From NCBI GenBank assembly GCA_040954595.2, contig CM082585.2, positions 11,513,451 through 11,577,450 on the forward strand: a DNA stretch of 64,000 bases. Direction: 5' to 3'. Position 1 is the first letter of the stretch. Every line of letters begins with the position of its first letter. The notes beneath the pieces were generated by a model, which made no database searches, had not been told where the DNA came from, and was given only the letters and a program-made list of their open reading frames with translations. Source of the DNA: Balanoglossus misakiensis (taxonomy: Eukaryota > Animalia > Hemichordata). The translations under genes and the position numbers were made by a program. Positions 29,046 to 40,061 of this stretch are shown here, piece after piece.

Positions 29046-29480
29046 TCGTACATTTTTAATGTCATTCGTTTTCACCGTCACAATTAACTGGTTTCATTCC
29101 TTCAATTGCAGTTGCCAGTTATTTTACTGGATGTTAATATTGTTTTCGCATTGTTAAAAACGTAAAGAAGTTGCACTGATAAAACCTCTATCCAGGTTTT
29201 ACTAAAGTTACTGCCTATTGTTAGTTTACTGTCAACGTCCGCCAATTCTGAGCGACTTCTGAAATCAAGACGATATGGACTTCAGCTCATGTTTGGAATG
29301 CCTCGTAGGAGACTTTTTGGACCTCAAAATTGAGAAAATGACGAGTCTGGGACAGCAAGAGAAACCCGCAACGACTTCACGGATGAAAAGCACGTCACTG
29401 ATTGGCCAGCAGGTCCGACGGCAGCGCGCGGCGTTGTCCAATGGCGTTGGTCGTAGCGGACCTGATCAAACCAATAAGGG
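29046..29480 (-). promoter_or_regulatory. Candidate promoter and first exon of an unidentified leftward-transcribed gene
   Basis: Three CCAAT boxes (29401-29405 reverse, 29438-29442, 29471-29475), CACGTCA at 29391-29397, Inr-like TCATTT on the minus strand at 29336-29341, then AAAAATGTACGA|gtaaga at 29057-29040. Confidence 0.45.
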
Positions 29481-31502
29481 CGCACGCGCGTGATCGAGTA
29501 CCGTCTGAAGAAAGTACAAGTCGTCAATACGTTACTCTTTCAACGTGTACAAAGGCGAAGACATTTAATCAGTTGCCTTCCAGCGCAGTGCCAATATTCC
29601 CGAGTCCCTGCCGTTTGTCCTCTCCTCATTCGGAACAATTTGTCAATACAACTCGTACCCCTTTCACGTTTCCTGCAAATTGAAATTGAATCGAACGGCG
29701 CTCAAATGAAATTTGTTGGCTATAAAAGCGGAGGTATGAAAGAGAGACCAATATGCTTTTCCTGTGTGTAAAATCTATAAAGGGCCGGTATTGTGTAAAA
29801 CAAAAGCTCTCCAAGGCAGATGTAAATGTGATAATTTCATTAAGCAGTCCTGTTTTTCAATGGATCCCATTCAATTGATTTTAATAGGGTATATTTATAA
29901 TTAACGTACAAATGAGCAGTAGCGGACAAATCTAATAACCCTTTTTCATTTTAGAATAATTCGTGTTTTGTGTTAGACCATTGTGAGCTGTGCCTTTGAT
30001 GTATGCTCCTAGGTCTCAAATTTAATCAGGGCAACGGATCGTACACGTAACAAATTGAATCGACACAATGCGCCAGAGTGTTGCAGACCCCTGCGTACAC
30101 AATGTACCAATTTGTGTACGAGCCTCTTAATTAGAATAATGTTAGCTCCGACAATAAAAACAAACGGAGCCGGTTTTTCAAACCGCCATAAAAATAACAC
30201 ACTAATGTCGCTATTGTCGCGATCAAAATCACGAGTTGGGATTTTCATTCGCAAAGTGCGCGTGCCTTTACGAAAATACGAGTCATTTTGAAATCTGACG
30301 AAGGTCTGTTTCACAAACCGGTTGAAATCGTCAACGTGAAAGTTTGACTCAGAGAAAATCACATTTGAAACCAGAACCCCAGATCACAGATTTTATTAAT
30401 TGGGGCTGTAAAATTCAATAAAGTCTCATATACACAAATATTATGGCCAACACTTATAATTAATAACACCAACGTAAAAATTTCGGAGTTGTAAATAGTA
30501 AATTATCAATATTATATAAGTCAAATAAAACGCCTTTCGCGAGATCGAACGGAAATATTTCATACTTATAAGAGGGCTGTCCTTGCTATTTTCATAATCA
30601 AAGACTTGCCGATTAACTCTCCGTTATAAATCGGCGGTGCTGTAAAATGTGTGTTTGGAAGGAGCGACGGAGTGGTTGAAAGAACCATTCGAAATGTAAT
30701 GCATCATTTTATCACCTATCTCGTAAAAGTTCAAAGTCCATCGTACTATAAATCGACAAGCAATTATGAATGTTGACAGATTTAAAAAAAATATATGAAG
30801 ATTTAAAGTCAATGATAAATTGCGAGCGATCAGATTTAAACACCATGGGTGTGATTCGCACACAAATTAAAATGAGTTGGTGTGGTTTCAATATCCACTT
30901 GTAGATCGTGTCTGCTACGTCTGTGATTGGTAAATTTAATCTTGTGAGCGAATAATCTCTCGTCGATGCACGGTGTCCTAAACGCAGTTATCTTCGCGAC
31001 CAGTTGGTTGTCTGTCGTTGTTTTTCTTGTTCTGATTTTAAGCGTGACTTTTGGACGTAGGAGAACCGCCGTATCCTCAGTTCGGTCGCCTATATATTCA
31101 TACATTTAAAGGGGGAAAAAACATGTACACTCCCGCAAGTGCTGGACTGTGGAGTTTTCGCTGTCTCTGAATCAACGCGAAGATGACGGACATTTTGGTG
31201 CCATGAACGAAAATCGGGTGTGGGGACTAACCGCTGAGTTTGCTTACAAACAAAAAGGGGGAAAATGGGATTATTCGGACACAAAATGTTGTCTTTTCTA
31301 GATGCAGCTTGCATCAGTTTTTATATTTTATTTATATATATATATTTTGCTTTTAAGTAGTCTTTTGTGTGCTTATTTAACAGTGAGTGGGAGAATTCTT
31401 AAATGTACACACTTCGAAACGTATAAAAGCATTCATTTAATATAATTGTTGGATTTTATTCCAAAGCAAAGTAAAGCGTAGCAGACTGAGGTACTGCCCA
31501 CT

Positions 31503-31527
31503 CACAGTCCCTCTATGAGGGACTGTG
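31503..31527. mobile_element. 25-bp palindromic micro-insertion with 7-bp TSD (P-superfamily-like footprint or micro-MITE)
   Basis: GCCCACT | CACAGTCCCTC-TAT-GAGGGACTGTG | GCCCACT: perfect 11-bp arms, CA...TG termini. Confidence 0.7.
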
Positions 31528-32969
31528 GCCCACTCCAGTTGCCACGTGCATCGATGTTGACATATCTCGCTTTATATAATTGAAACTTGGGGTTTTGAAT
31601 AAACGATGAAAGCGAATTCACAGCAGTTATGCAAGTGTTTAGTTATGTTTCATATTGCGTAAACTAAAATGATTGAATAATCACGATGCAGTAGTCTGCT
31701 GTTGAGTTAAGGGCTCACGGGACAAGGACCTCTGTTTATTCCCCGTGCGGAAACAGCTTACGACGTCGTCCAAATCGGGAGGGCTAACAAAACGCCCGAT
31801 TGACACAGATGGTTGTTCATGTACATTGTAGTGTTGACAAAAAGCCCCCACGCCCAGTAGCTCGATTTTTGTGTTGCATTTAATCTTCCAAACGCCACTA
31901 TCAGCTGTCAAAATACCGTCACCGATCAGAAATCACGGAGTAATGAATAATTTGAGGAAATTATCTCCTAGATGCGATCGCGATAAAAAAAATCGCCATA
32001 GGCGCGCAGTGATGCGTGGGGATGGTGGTTTCGTATGCGGTGTGCGTCGTACGATCTTATTAATTGCAGTCGACTCGGTGTACCGGTCGCTGTAATCAGC
32101 TGATTAAACAACTTATTTCAAATATTAATTTTGGTGATTGATCGAGATGACGGCTACATCAAGACTCGAGGTGTCAGTACCAATTAAACAACGTGCATGC
32201 TATCACACTATATTCCTTAATGCCTGATCTGCAGTCAGAACCTGGCTCTTCACCATATTAATACAATTTTCATTTTCACACTTCAGAGGGCTCCTGTTCC
32301 CCAGCCGGAGCCTTTTTTTTCACGCGCAAGGTTCATAAGCATTCACGAAGGAAGCATTAAGTCCATCCAGGCTGATGTCGGCCGTTTTCACCTGCTGTTA
32401 CTGAAGGCGCCTGTCAAGTTACAAACCGACGATTTATGACTAGCGATCGTACAGGATAAAGATAACGATTTATTCATGAAAAGTAGATAAAATTAACAAC
32501 TTTTATATTCGAAAACTAGAAAATCAATCGAGTTTTATTTGCCTGTATTGTGCTCAGATTTTAGTGTTTATGTCTATCCCTTCCGATGTGTTATGATCAA
32601 AACGCGTGTGTTTCTCGCTTCTGTGTCCATTTGCGCTCGTCCGCGCTTGGTAATACTGACGCGCATCAGTGCCGTCCACGCATCCCAGCACGTCAATCAA
32701 CAGATTTTGAGAGATGATTGGCACATGTCACTAATTATATTGCAGAGACACGGCGGATTTTGTGTGAAATATTTCATCACCCAGACACGGTTGCATTTTT
32801 CGGGGTTTGCTTCTCACCGTGCACGTCAGTCAGAGCAATGTGTCATAGCTATGCACACAAATATTTTAAAGTACTAGCATTCGTGGTACTTTTGTGAATT
32901 CTACATTCATTCAACCATGACATCCACAAATCTTGAGTGTTTCCTCAAGTAAGTTATAATTATAACCCT

Positions 32970-33185
32970 ACACACACACACACACAGACAGACATCGTAT
33001 GTGTGTATGTATGTATGTATGTATGTATGTATGTATGTATGTATGTATGTATGTATGTATGTATGTATGTATGTATGTATGTATACATGTATGTATGTAT
33101 GTACGTACGTATGTATGTACGTATGTATGTATGTATGTATGTATGTATGTATGTATGTATGTATGTATGTATGTATGTATGTATG
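32970..33185 (+). repeat. (CA)n followed by long (TATG)n microsatellite
   Basis: Directly visible; interrupted by a few TACG/TACA variants. Confidence 0.95.
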
Positions 33186-35039
33186 CATAGACCCTAGAAC
33201 TGACCGTCCAACAGACAGGCGCGCACAATTCACTATAACACCGCCATTCACGTCTTTATTACGATGCCAAGGCAAGATGACGATATTCCATCTCAGGAAG
33301 AGACAAAAAGAATGTCTTTCTGTTTGAAAGAGGAGCATTCATTTATTGAAGTTGGTTTGATTGAAGTCAGAATGTATGTGTATTTTTTCTTACTGAGCCT
33401 ATTTCAAAAGTCTTTGAATGTGAAAGCCTCGTGGAAAATAAGTCAAGTATTGAAGCTGAAGAGACCACAATAAGATTTGATTTTTTTCTTTGACCTGCGT
33501 GTATAGAGTCTTATGGGCACTGACATCTCGCAAGAAATAATATCATATATATAAATCTGTCTCATTTTGTCGTGTATTCATCCAGGCTTTGAAAATTCGG
33601 TCTCCTCTATCTCATTTCGTCTATCTAATAAAATATTGATCAGATTTCCATGGTAACTGTGGTGTTATTTCTGAAGACAATCGAACGGTAAAAGCTGTTG
33701 CTTCTATTGTTGGGCGACGCGAATGAAAAGTGTGGGTGTAGTGTGTGTTTGGTGAAAATCCGCGATAGAACTTAATACATTCATTTACATTCCATTCACC
33801 GGTACAATTATGACTTTTGTTGGCGACAAGAAGAAAATAGGCCTCCGTAATCAGCTTGTTGGCCGTCTTTGTAATCGCATCAATTGTAAACACCATACAT
33901 CGTAGCCTCTTTTGTCAGTGTTGTGGCGATTAATTTGTATAAATTGAAACCGCACAATAGTCTAGCCATTAAGCCGTCTTGCCGTATTGTCCGCTATTGG
34001 CAAGATCTTTGTCTAACGGGGTTGGCGAAATCCCATGCTAGTATGGAATATACAATCGTTGGCATCTATATTGGTGATTGATAATGGCGCGAAAAAATAG
34101 GGAATAGCGGACGGGTTGTCTGATTATAATTGTCGGTCGTCATCTTCTTTGCTCGCGATGAATGACATGTCAGATCGCGCAGTCTCCAGACGACTCGACT
34201 TTTTTGTTGGCTGTGATTTGCCACAATCGGTGCCAATCATGGGGCACATTATTTTGTCATTTCTTGTCAGAAGTCCTGACAGGTTACACGTCCAAACGTC
34301 GAATGAGTTGTGAAATGACATGAGACGTCGCGTGCTGACCTGTAGGACGTACCTGAATACTGGCGATTTTGTTGCCATGGTTTTTTAAGTCTGCTGTCTC
34401 ACCTGTTGTCCAATGCGCGACACAAAATTTTGATAAAAATTGTCAGCTTAAACTTTCCAGGAAAAGTAGCATTTTGGTGACTTGTTTACAGCTCATCGTT
34501 AATTGGCAAAAAGCTTTTTGGCTTTAAACAAAATCTGCCGTAATACTTCAATGCAATATATGTCTTTCTTGAATCTGAACGTGTACATGTAATTCATATA
34601 TGACAAACGAACGGCATCCAAGCATTCTCAAACCAGAAGAACGCCCCCTAACATGCAATGCGGTGTCTACACTGCACTGGTCCTGCAGTAAAGGGTGCTA
34701 GGTTGTAGATCCGATATTCGACCTCTTGGTGGCGGTATGAAACGAAAAACAACCATGATGATCCATCGACTTGAATGTTGCACTCCACTTCGCCAATTAA
34801 GACATTTCGTATGAGACGCTTTTGTTTTGATTTATATTATCGGTCCACCTTTCAAACACACCGTCAGTATGAGTAACATGGTTTTGTGTGTGGACCAGGG
34901 TATTCAGTCTGCGGCACGGTGCTGTTCTGACTTTTATTTTACATTAAACTGAATAAAAGTGTCCATTAACATAATAGGTAGGATTTTAACAAAATATATC
35001 ATTAATTTCACTCAGCAGAATAAAACAAAACGGACCAAG

Positions 35040-35228
35040 AAGGGACCGTGACGCACTTTCGTGAATCTGAACCGCGCCCTCTATCGGCAGTACGGGAATT
35101 GACCAATGACCCCAACATTTGACCTTTGTTGTGTCAGGTGATTCCCATCTTGTTTGAGCAACAACACTGCAGCGTTTGGTCGCGAAGATGGACTCTAAAT
35201 AAAAGATGAAAACGTCTTCAGTCTGAAG
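35040..35228 (+). promoter_or_regulatory. Candidate promoter and first non-coding exon of the LRR gene
   Basis: Lies at the right edge of the CpG-rich zone. Has a CTCF-like motif (reverse complement CCGATAGAGGGCGC, ~35074-35087), a CCAAT at ~35104 and a strong donor AAG|gtaagg at 35228/35229. Confidence 0.35.
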
Positions 35229-35889
35229 GTAAGGAACCACTAGAGTTCCTAGTGACGTGGAATTAATTTATTTCGTCATTCTGAAGAATAACAGGAAATA
35301 TTTACATGATGTTTATGTAGTACAGGCTGTACTGGATTTGTTGTGTTCGTGAGTGGCACGTACGTGGACTGGATTGGTCGTATATTGGCCATCTTTTTCA
35401 AGTCACAATATTATCAAACTAACTCAGAATATGAGAGGTACCTGGTCCGTATATAGATATAACGGTACATTTATTCATTAAACTACTACTATCTGACCGT
35501 TATCAAACTAAGACGTCCTTTGAAATGGACATAGGTAGGCCCTTGTCGAGTTTCAATATTTGCCTTCTTCAAATCAATGGCGTTGTAGACAACGAGATGA
35601 GCATGGGTTCAGGATGGGATGGTGGGTCCATCAGTTGGCTGTCTACCGCTATCCCCATGGTGGTGGGGAAAGTCGGTGATAACGATATGCATTCATACAC
35701 GCTAGACAACACTGACACACTTATTTGTTTAGCTGTTTACGCTTGAGAAATAACTGTACTCCGTATTTCCCGTCACAATATTACACGTACACGCCAACAG
35801 GGAAGAACAAATAAGAAAAATAAACCACACTGACAAGAGGATTGATAAATATGATAAAACGGACTTTAGTCATCTGTAGTCAGTCTGAC

Positions 35890-35906
35890 CAGCTCCAGTG
35901 TCTATG
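35890..35906. mobile_element. 17-bp CA...TG micro-insertion with 7-bp TSD
   Basis: GTCTGAC | CAGCTCCAGTGTCTATG | GTCTGAC; the GTCTATG end resembles the 19243 element. Confidence 0.5.
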
Positions 35907-37793
35907 GTCTGACAGAACCTATATTTCTGGCTTCAAATGAATTCTTAGTGTCACCTGATTTTCAGGTGTGGTCAGTCGCCTTTTACTCATGAGACGCTGA
36001 GTAATTTCTGATTGTTGACCTTTCACTCATTTTAATATTACCTGTTCTGCGTCGGTTCCCCTTCAAGAAAGTTTCTACAAAATTCTCTACCCACCGGACA
36101 TTCAAACTTTCACCCATATTAAATACAGTATAAACCCCCAACAGATAGGTCAGAGCCTAGCTATATTTGACCTTTGACCTCACCATGATTGAATTTATGG
36201 TGGTGGCTCTAATCTGTCTCTGGTGAAGTACAATACAAACATACTTTATTTTGTACTAGATTGCTTGGGTATGACAGTTATTACTGCCAAAATTTATTAA
36301 TTTACTCAACAAAAATCTATATCAATGAACTGGTGACGAGAGTGATGTCAAAGTACTTTTGTTGTATGTAGAAAATTCTGCCTTGAAGTCAGAAAATATT
36401 TCCATGTAAAGATACTTTTCTACACTACTTGCCGTTACTGATCTAAAATCCACCCAAAAACTGCATTTCAAAACTAAATGTTAAACATGGTTGAAATTGT
36501 TCGAAGTACCTATGACTAAGCAAATAAAATGTTAATGTGTACACCAGATATCAATGATATTACATCACGCTTGTCTCAAAGCTGACCCAGGACCAGAGAA
36601 GTCCAAAGTTCAGTTGCCAAATTGTCAGTTATTCAGTCAGAGTCTTCGGAATTCTATTTTAAGTATTAACATGTCAGGTTTGTAGGTGAAATCTAAAATA
36701 CCAGTACTAACCCAGTAACAGACATCTGTGGTCATAAAAAAAGAAATATGACATTGAATTATTGACATTTTTATGTAACATGTTGGCTGTATGCAGGATG
36801 TGACCATAATTTGGGTGACTGGTGTTTGAGCATGTTTCAGTTGGTAGAACAAAGAGCTTGAATTGAATTTCCCAAATGAAATTTACAAAAATGTAAAATG
36901 AGAAATGTCAAATGATAATTTTATTCCCTTTGAACCGTCAGCACAACAGATAAGCACCAATAGGAGAAAAAGCTAGTGTACTTGTGAAGAATTATCACAA
37001 AGGACATATATATTGTACAGAATTGAATTGATCTACTTGTGATAAAATTGGTCGCATCTGCTGCTATTGAAGGCCACACACACACTTAGTGTGCGTTATA
37101 CACAATATAACATACATATAAAATTATCAGGTTATTTGAGAATATTGAAATAAGTCTTATCGTTTACAAAGGTCAGCCACTTTTAAAATAAATCCAGAGA
37201 CTGCAAAGCATATAAAGAAGAACCTTGACTTTTTCGTTATCTTGTCATCACAAAGCTATAAAAGCCCTGATACTATTCAAGTGCTATAGGAACATTAAAT
37301 CTGTCCGTGAACGTGCAATAATTGAAAGTTTTACCGCATTTATCCGAAATTAAAGCGAACGTAGAAGCCCTGTTTGGTTTAGAAATGATATTTCCACACT
37401 AGTTGTGAAAATCTACAAATTTTCATCCACAGATTAATAAAAAAATATTGAATGTGGTTGTTTGCTTATCATGCATTCTGCACTTCCCCCTTGCACTGCT
37501 GTTACTCGCATGTGACACTGACACACTGCATTCTTTGGCCTCTACAATGAACAAGTATGTACGATCTCTATTCTAGTGGCACGCTGTCTTCGGGCAACTG
37601 TTATACGGTGCAAGTCGCCGCCTTGTACCACACTCTAGTGCAAACAATGACTCGCAGTTCATCTGCCTGTAGTGACATCTTCCGATTATGATATTATTTA
37701 TGACCTACAGCTAGAGTCAGAGCAGTCACCGCCCAACTTCATATCCATTTGCAGATTCTAACAAAGAAGACATTTGTGTCTGATCATTTTCAG

Positions 37794-38087
37794 CTGCGTT
37801 GCCGTCGAAAGTTCCTGACCAGGTTTTCTGGACACGAGCATTGAAGACCAACCTTCATGTTGCCCACTTCACTGCACTGCCAGGCTACTGGGAGTTGTTG
37901 ACCTTTTGGCCTGAGTGTGGCACGCCACTCGGGGCGGTCCACCTATCTTGTCAAATCCACATTATTTGGCAAAACAAGTGGAGTATTTGCTGGGTTCTCA
38001 TCCCTTATGATGACATCAACAGATTGGCACTGTATTCTTGGTGGTCACTGTAACAAGCAAGTGTTCCCTTTCAGCTGAAATAACAAG
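37794..38087 (+). other. Probable non-coding 5'UTR exon of the LRR gene
   Basis: Bounded by ttttcag acceptor and AAG|gtaatg donor, 580 nt upstream of the LRR coding-exon acceptor. No convincing protein. Confidence 0.45.
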
Positions 38088-38678
38088 GTAATGATGTTTT
38101 AATATTATCATACTATTATTTAATCTGAATGTTTTGTATTGTCAGTAATGAAGGGTCTAAGAGTCACAGCCGATATACATGACTGATAAGGTGTTAGTTT
38201 TATAGTAACCAGCTTTTTTCGTCACGTCTGTATTTAGAATAAGTACCTTAGAGTGTGTCCAGATTTTTCTGTGGTAAAATCAAGTATAGTGTTGTGGCTA
38301 ACATCGTATCACAATGGAAATATCAACGTTCATTTTGTTTTGTGGTAATTCTGTCGTGGTTCTGATTTGATCCAGATAATATGTTGGTTTTGTGGGTACA
38401 GTTTGTACCAATGGGTATTATTGTTTGCTGAATCAAGGCGAGTCCTGACTGACACGGTATTAACTGACCTGCTGTGGTTCAAATTTCACAGTTATTGCAT
38501 CGTTGTTTGATGATACGACTTGAAATTTCTGATTTGGATTGTTGTTAATACCCTTAGCATCAGACACCCCTACTTTGCCATGTAACAAACTAGAAATGTA
38601 GGGTCAAAACATTACTGTACAAGTATGAACATATTCAATCTCTCTCTCTCTCTGTCTTTACTGGTAGAATCTTGCAAA

Positions 38679-40061
38679 ATGAGTGTGAGACTGTGGTTGC
38701 TATGGTTTCTGTTTCTGCTGTGGCATGTGAAGTCGGCCATTCCACAGATCAACAAGAACTGTCCGAAACTTTGCAACTGTTACAAAACAACCATCAACTG
38801 TGAAAAGGGACTACAAGCATTTCCCAGCACTATTCCGCCAACATTTCACAGTATGTATTTTCGGAATAACAAAGTTCCTGAGATGTCTAAGGATACATTC
38901 AGCGGTCTGGGCTATTATAAACTACAGGAGTTGCACCTGGCATATGATGAAATGCAAGTAATTTCACCAGATGCTTTCAGAGGGCTGGCTGAGCTTCAAT
39001 ACCTAACTATTCAGAACAATAAACTGTTTAAAGTCTATCAGAGTACCTTTTTGGGTCTGGAAAAAGTGCATACCATGGATATGCAACACAACCAAATTAT
39101 TGAATTTGAGCCAGGCTCTTTCAAAGGAATGAAAAGCTTAGACTCGTTGGATCTCAGCAACAATGACATCATCCGGCTAGACAACGGTTTGTTCTACGAT
39201 GTGCCGTCCTTGCAGAAACTGAACCTGGACAATAATAAAATCGAAGCCATCAGTGCTGGTGTGTTCGCCGATGTTACAACGTTGACAAACCTGATCCTTC
39301 AGAACAATCTGCTGACGGAATTGCCGTGGAACGTCTTTTATGGACTGACTGAACTGGATGAACTGAACCTAAGCAACAACCGGATCACAAGCATCGAGCG
39401 CACAATGTTCCGAGATTTGCTGAACCTCAAACAATTGGATCTGAGCCACAACAGATTGGAAAGGTTTTCAGGGGACACGTTTGTGACCGTCCCTATGCTA
39501 CAGTCACTTCAGCTGCACGACAACAGCATCCAAGTTCTGCAGCCAACAATTTTCGAACATTGCCAGGGCCTGGTGAAACTCACCTTGCATGACAACGATC
39601 TGCATACCCTTCACCCAAAGGTGTTCCACGGAATGAAGAATTTGGCAGAACTAGATTTCCATGGGAATTCGTGGACGTGCGATTGTACAATGCTTCCGTT
39701 GAAGGTCTGGTTTGAAGAGGCGGGAAAAGCGGTTCAGATCGATGAATCCAACACCGTATACTGCAAGAGAACCCCGTCGCACATTCTGGAAAACCTGACA
39801 AAGTTGGAGGACATTGCCAACACCTGGTTGTGCAGTGACCCGGCTGAAATTCACGTTGAAGGCGACGGAACTGTTCAACTCGCAAAAACATGTGTGTTGT
39901 GTGTCAGCCCTGTGGTGTATATTCTGACGATTGTTATTGTATTAACAGGGTGCATTATCTCATTGAAGATCAAGGTGTGTCGACAACGGAGACGAAAACG
40001 CCAACAGAAGCAGGTTTTTGCCCTCAGAGACAAAGACACCATGATCAAGTCCCGCATATGA
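38679..40061 (+). CDS. Type I transmembrane leucine-rich repeat protein (signal peptide, LRRNT, ~12 LRRs, LRRCT, TM, short basic tail; LRRC15/SLIT-type LRRs), 460 aa, single coding exon
   Basis: ORF shows MSVRLWLLWFLFLLWHVKSA signal peptide, CPKLCNC cap, repeated LxxLxLxxNxI/L units, NSWTCDCTMLPL LRRCT, hydrophobic VVYILTIVIVLTGCIISL followed by RQRRRKR. The true start is probably ATG 38679 (AAAATG), because a polypyrimidine/AG acceptor ends at 38667 inside the longer ORF. Confidence 0.9.
   Translation: MSVRLWLLWFLFLLWHVKSAIPQINKNCPKLCNCYKTTINCEKGLQAFPSTIPPTFHSMYFRNNKVPEMSKDTFSGLGYYKLQELHLAYDEMQVISPDAFRGLAELQYLTIQNNKLFKVYQSTFLGLEKVHTMDMQHNQIIEFEPGSFKGMKSLDSLDLSNNDIIRLDNGLFYDVPSLQKLNLDNNKIEAISAGVFADVTTLTNLILQNNLLTELPWNVFYGLTELDELNLSNNRITSIERTMFRDLLNLKQLDLSHNRLERFSGDTFVTVPMLQSLQLHDNSIQVLQPTIFEHCQGLVKLTLHDNDLHTLHPKVFHGMKNLAELDFHGNSWTCDCTMLPLKVWFEEAGKAVQIDESNTVYCKRTPSHILENLTKLEDIANTWLCSDPAEIHVEGDGTVQLAKTCVLCVSPVVYILTIVIVLTGCIISLKIKVCRQRRRKRQQKQVFALRDKDTMIKSRI

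Noticed and set aside
32289-32320. GGCTCC...GGAGCC hairpin followed by T8, resembling an intrinsic terminator or Pol III end
   Set aside because: Eukaryotic context, only a 6-bp stem, and no recognisable tRNA/snRNA body or A/B boxes upstream.
32907-33338. ORFs with MYVC/HTYI repeats (also at 18.1-18.4 kb and 27.2-27.5 kb)
   Set aside because: They are translations of (TATG)n microsatellites, not genes.
34704-34714. TGTAGATCCGA, similar to part of the miR-10/100 family
   Set aside because: The seed region does not match and no convincing precursor hairpin is visible.
473-37790. Numerous 60-130 aa ORFs in the left 38 kb
   Set aside because: No recognisable domains, many non-ATG starts, and composition typical of random AT-rich non-coding DNA.
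38625-38678. N-terminal 18 codons of the 478-aa ORF
   Set aside because: They overlap a (TC)n polypyrimidine tract and AG acceptor; the signal peptide starts at 38679.
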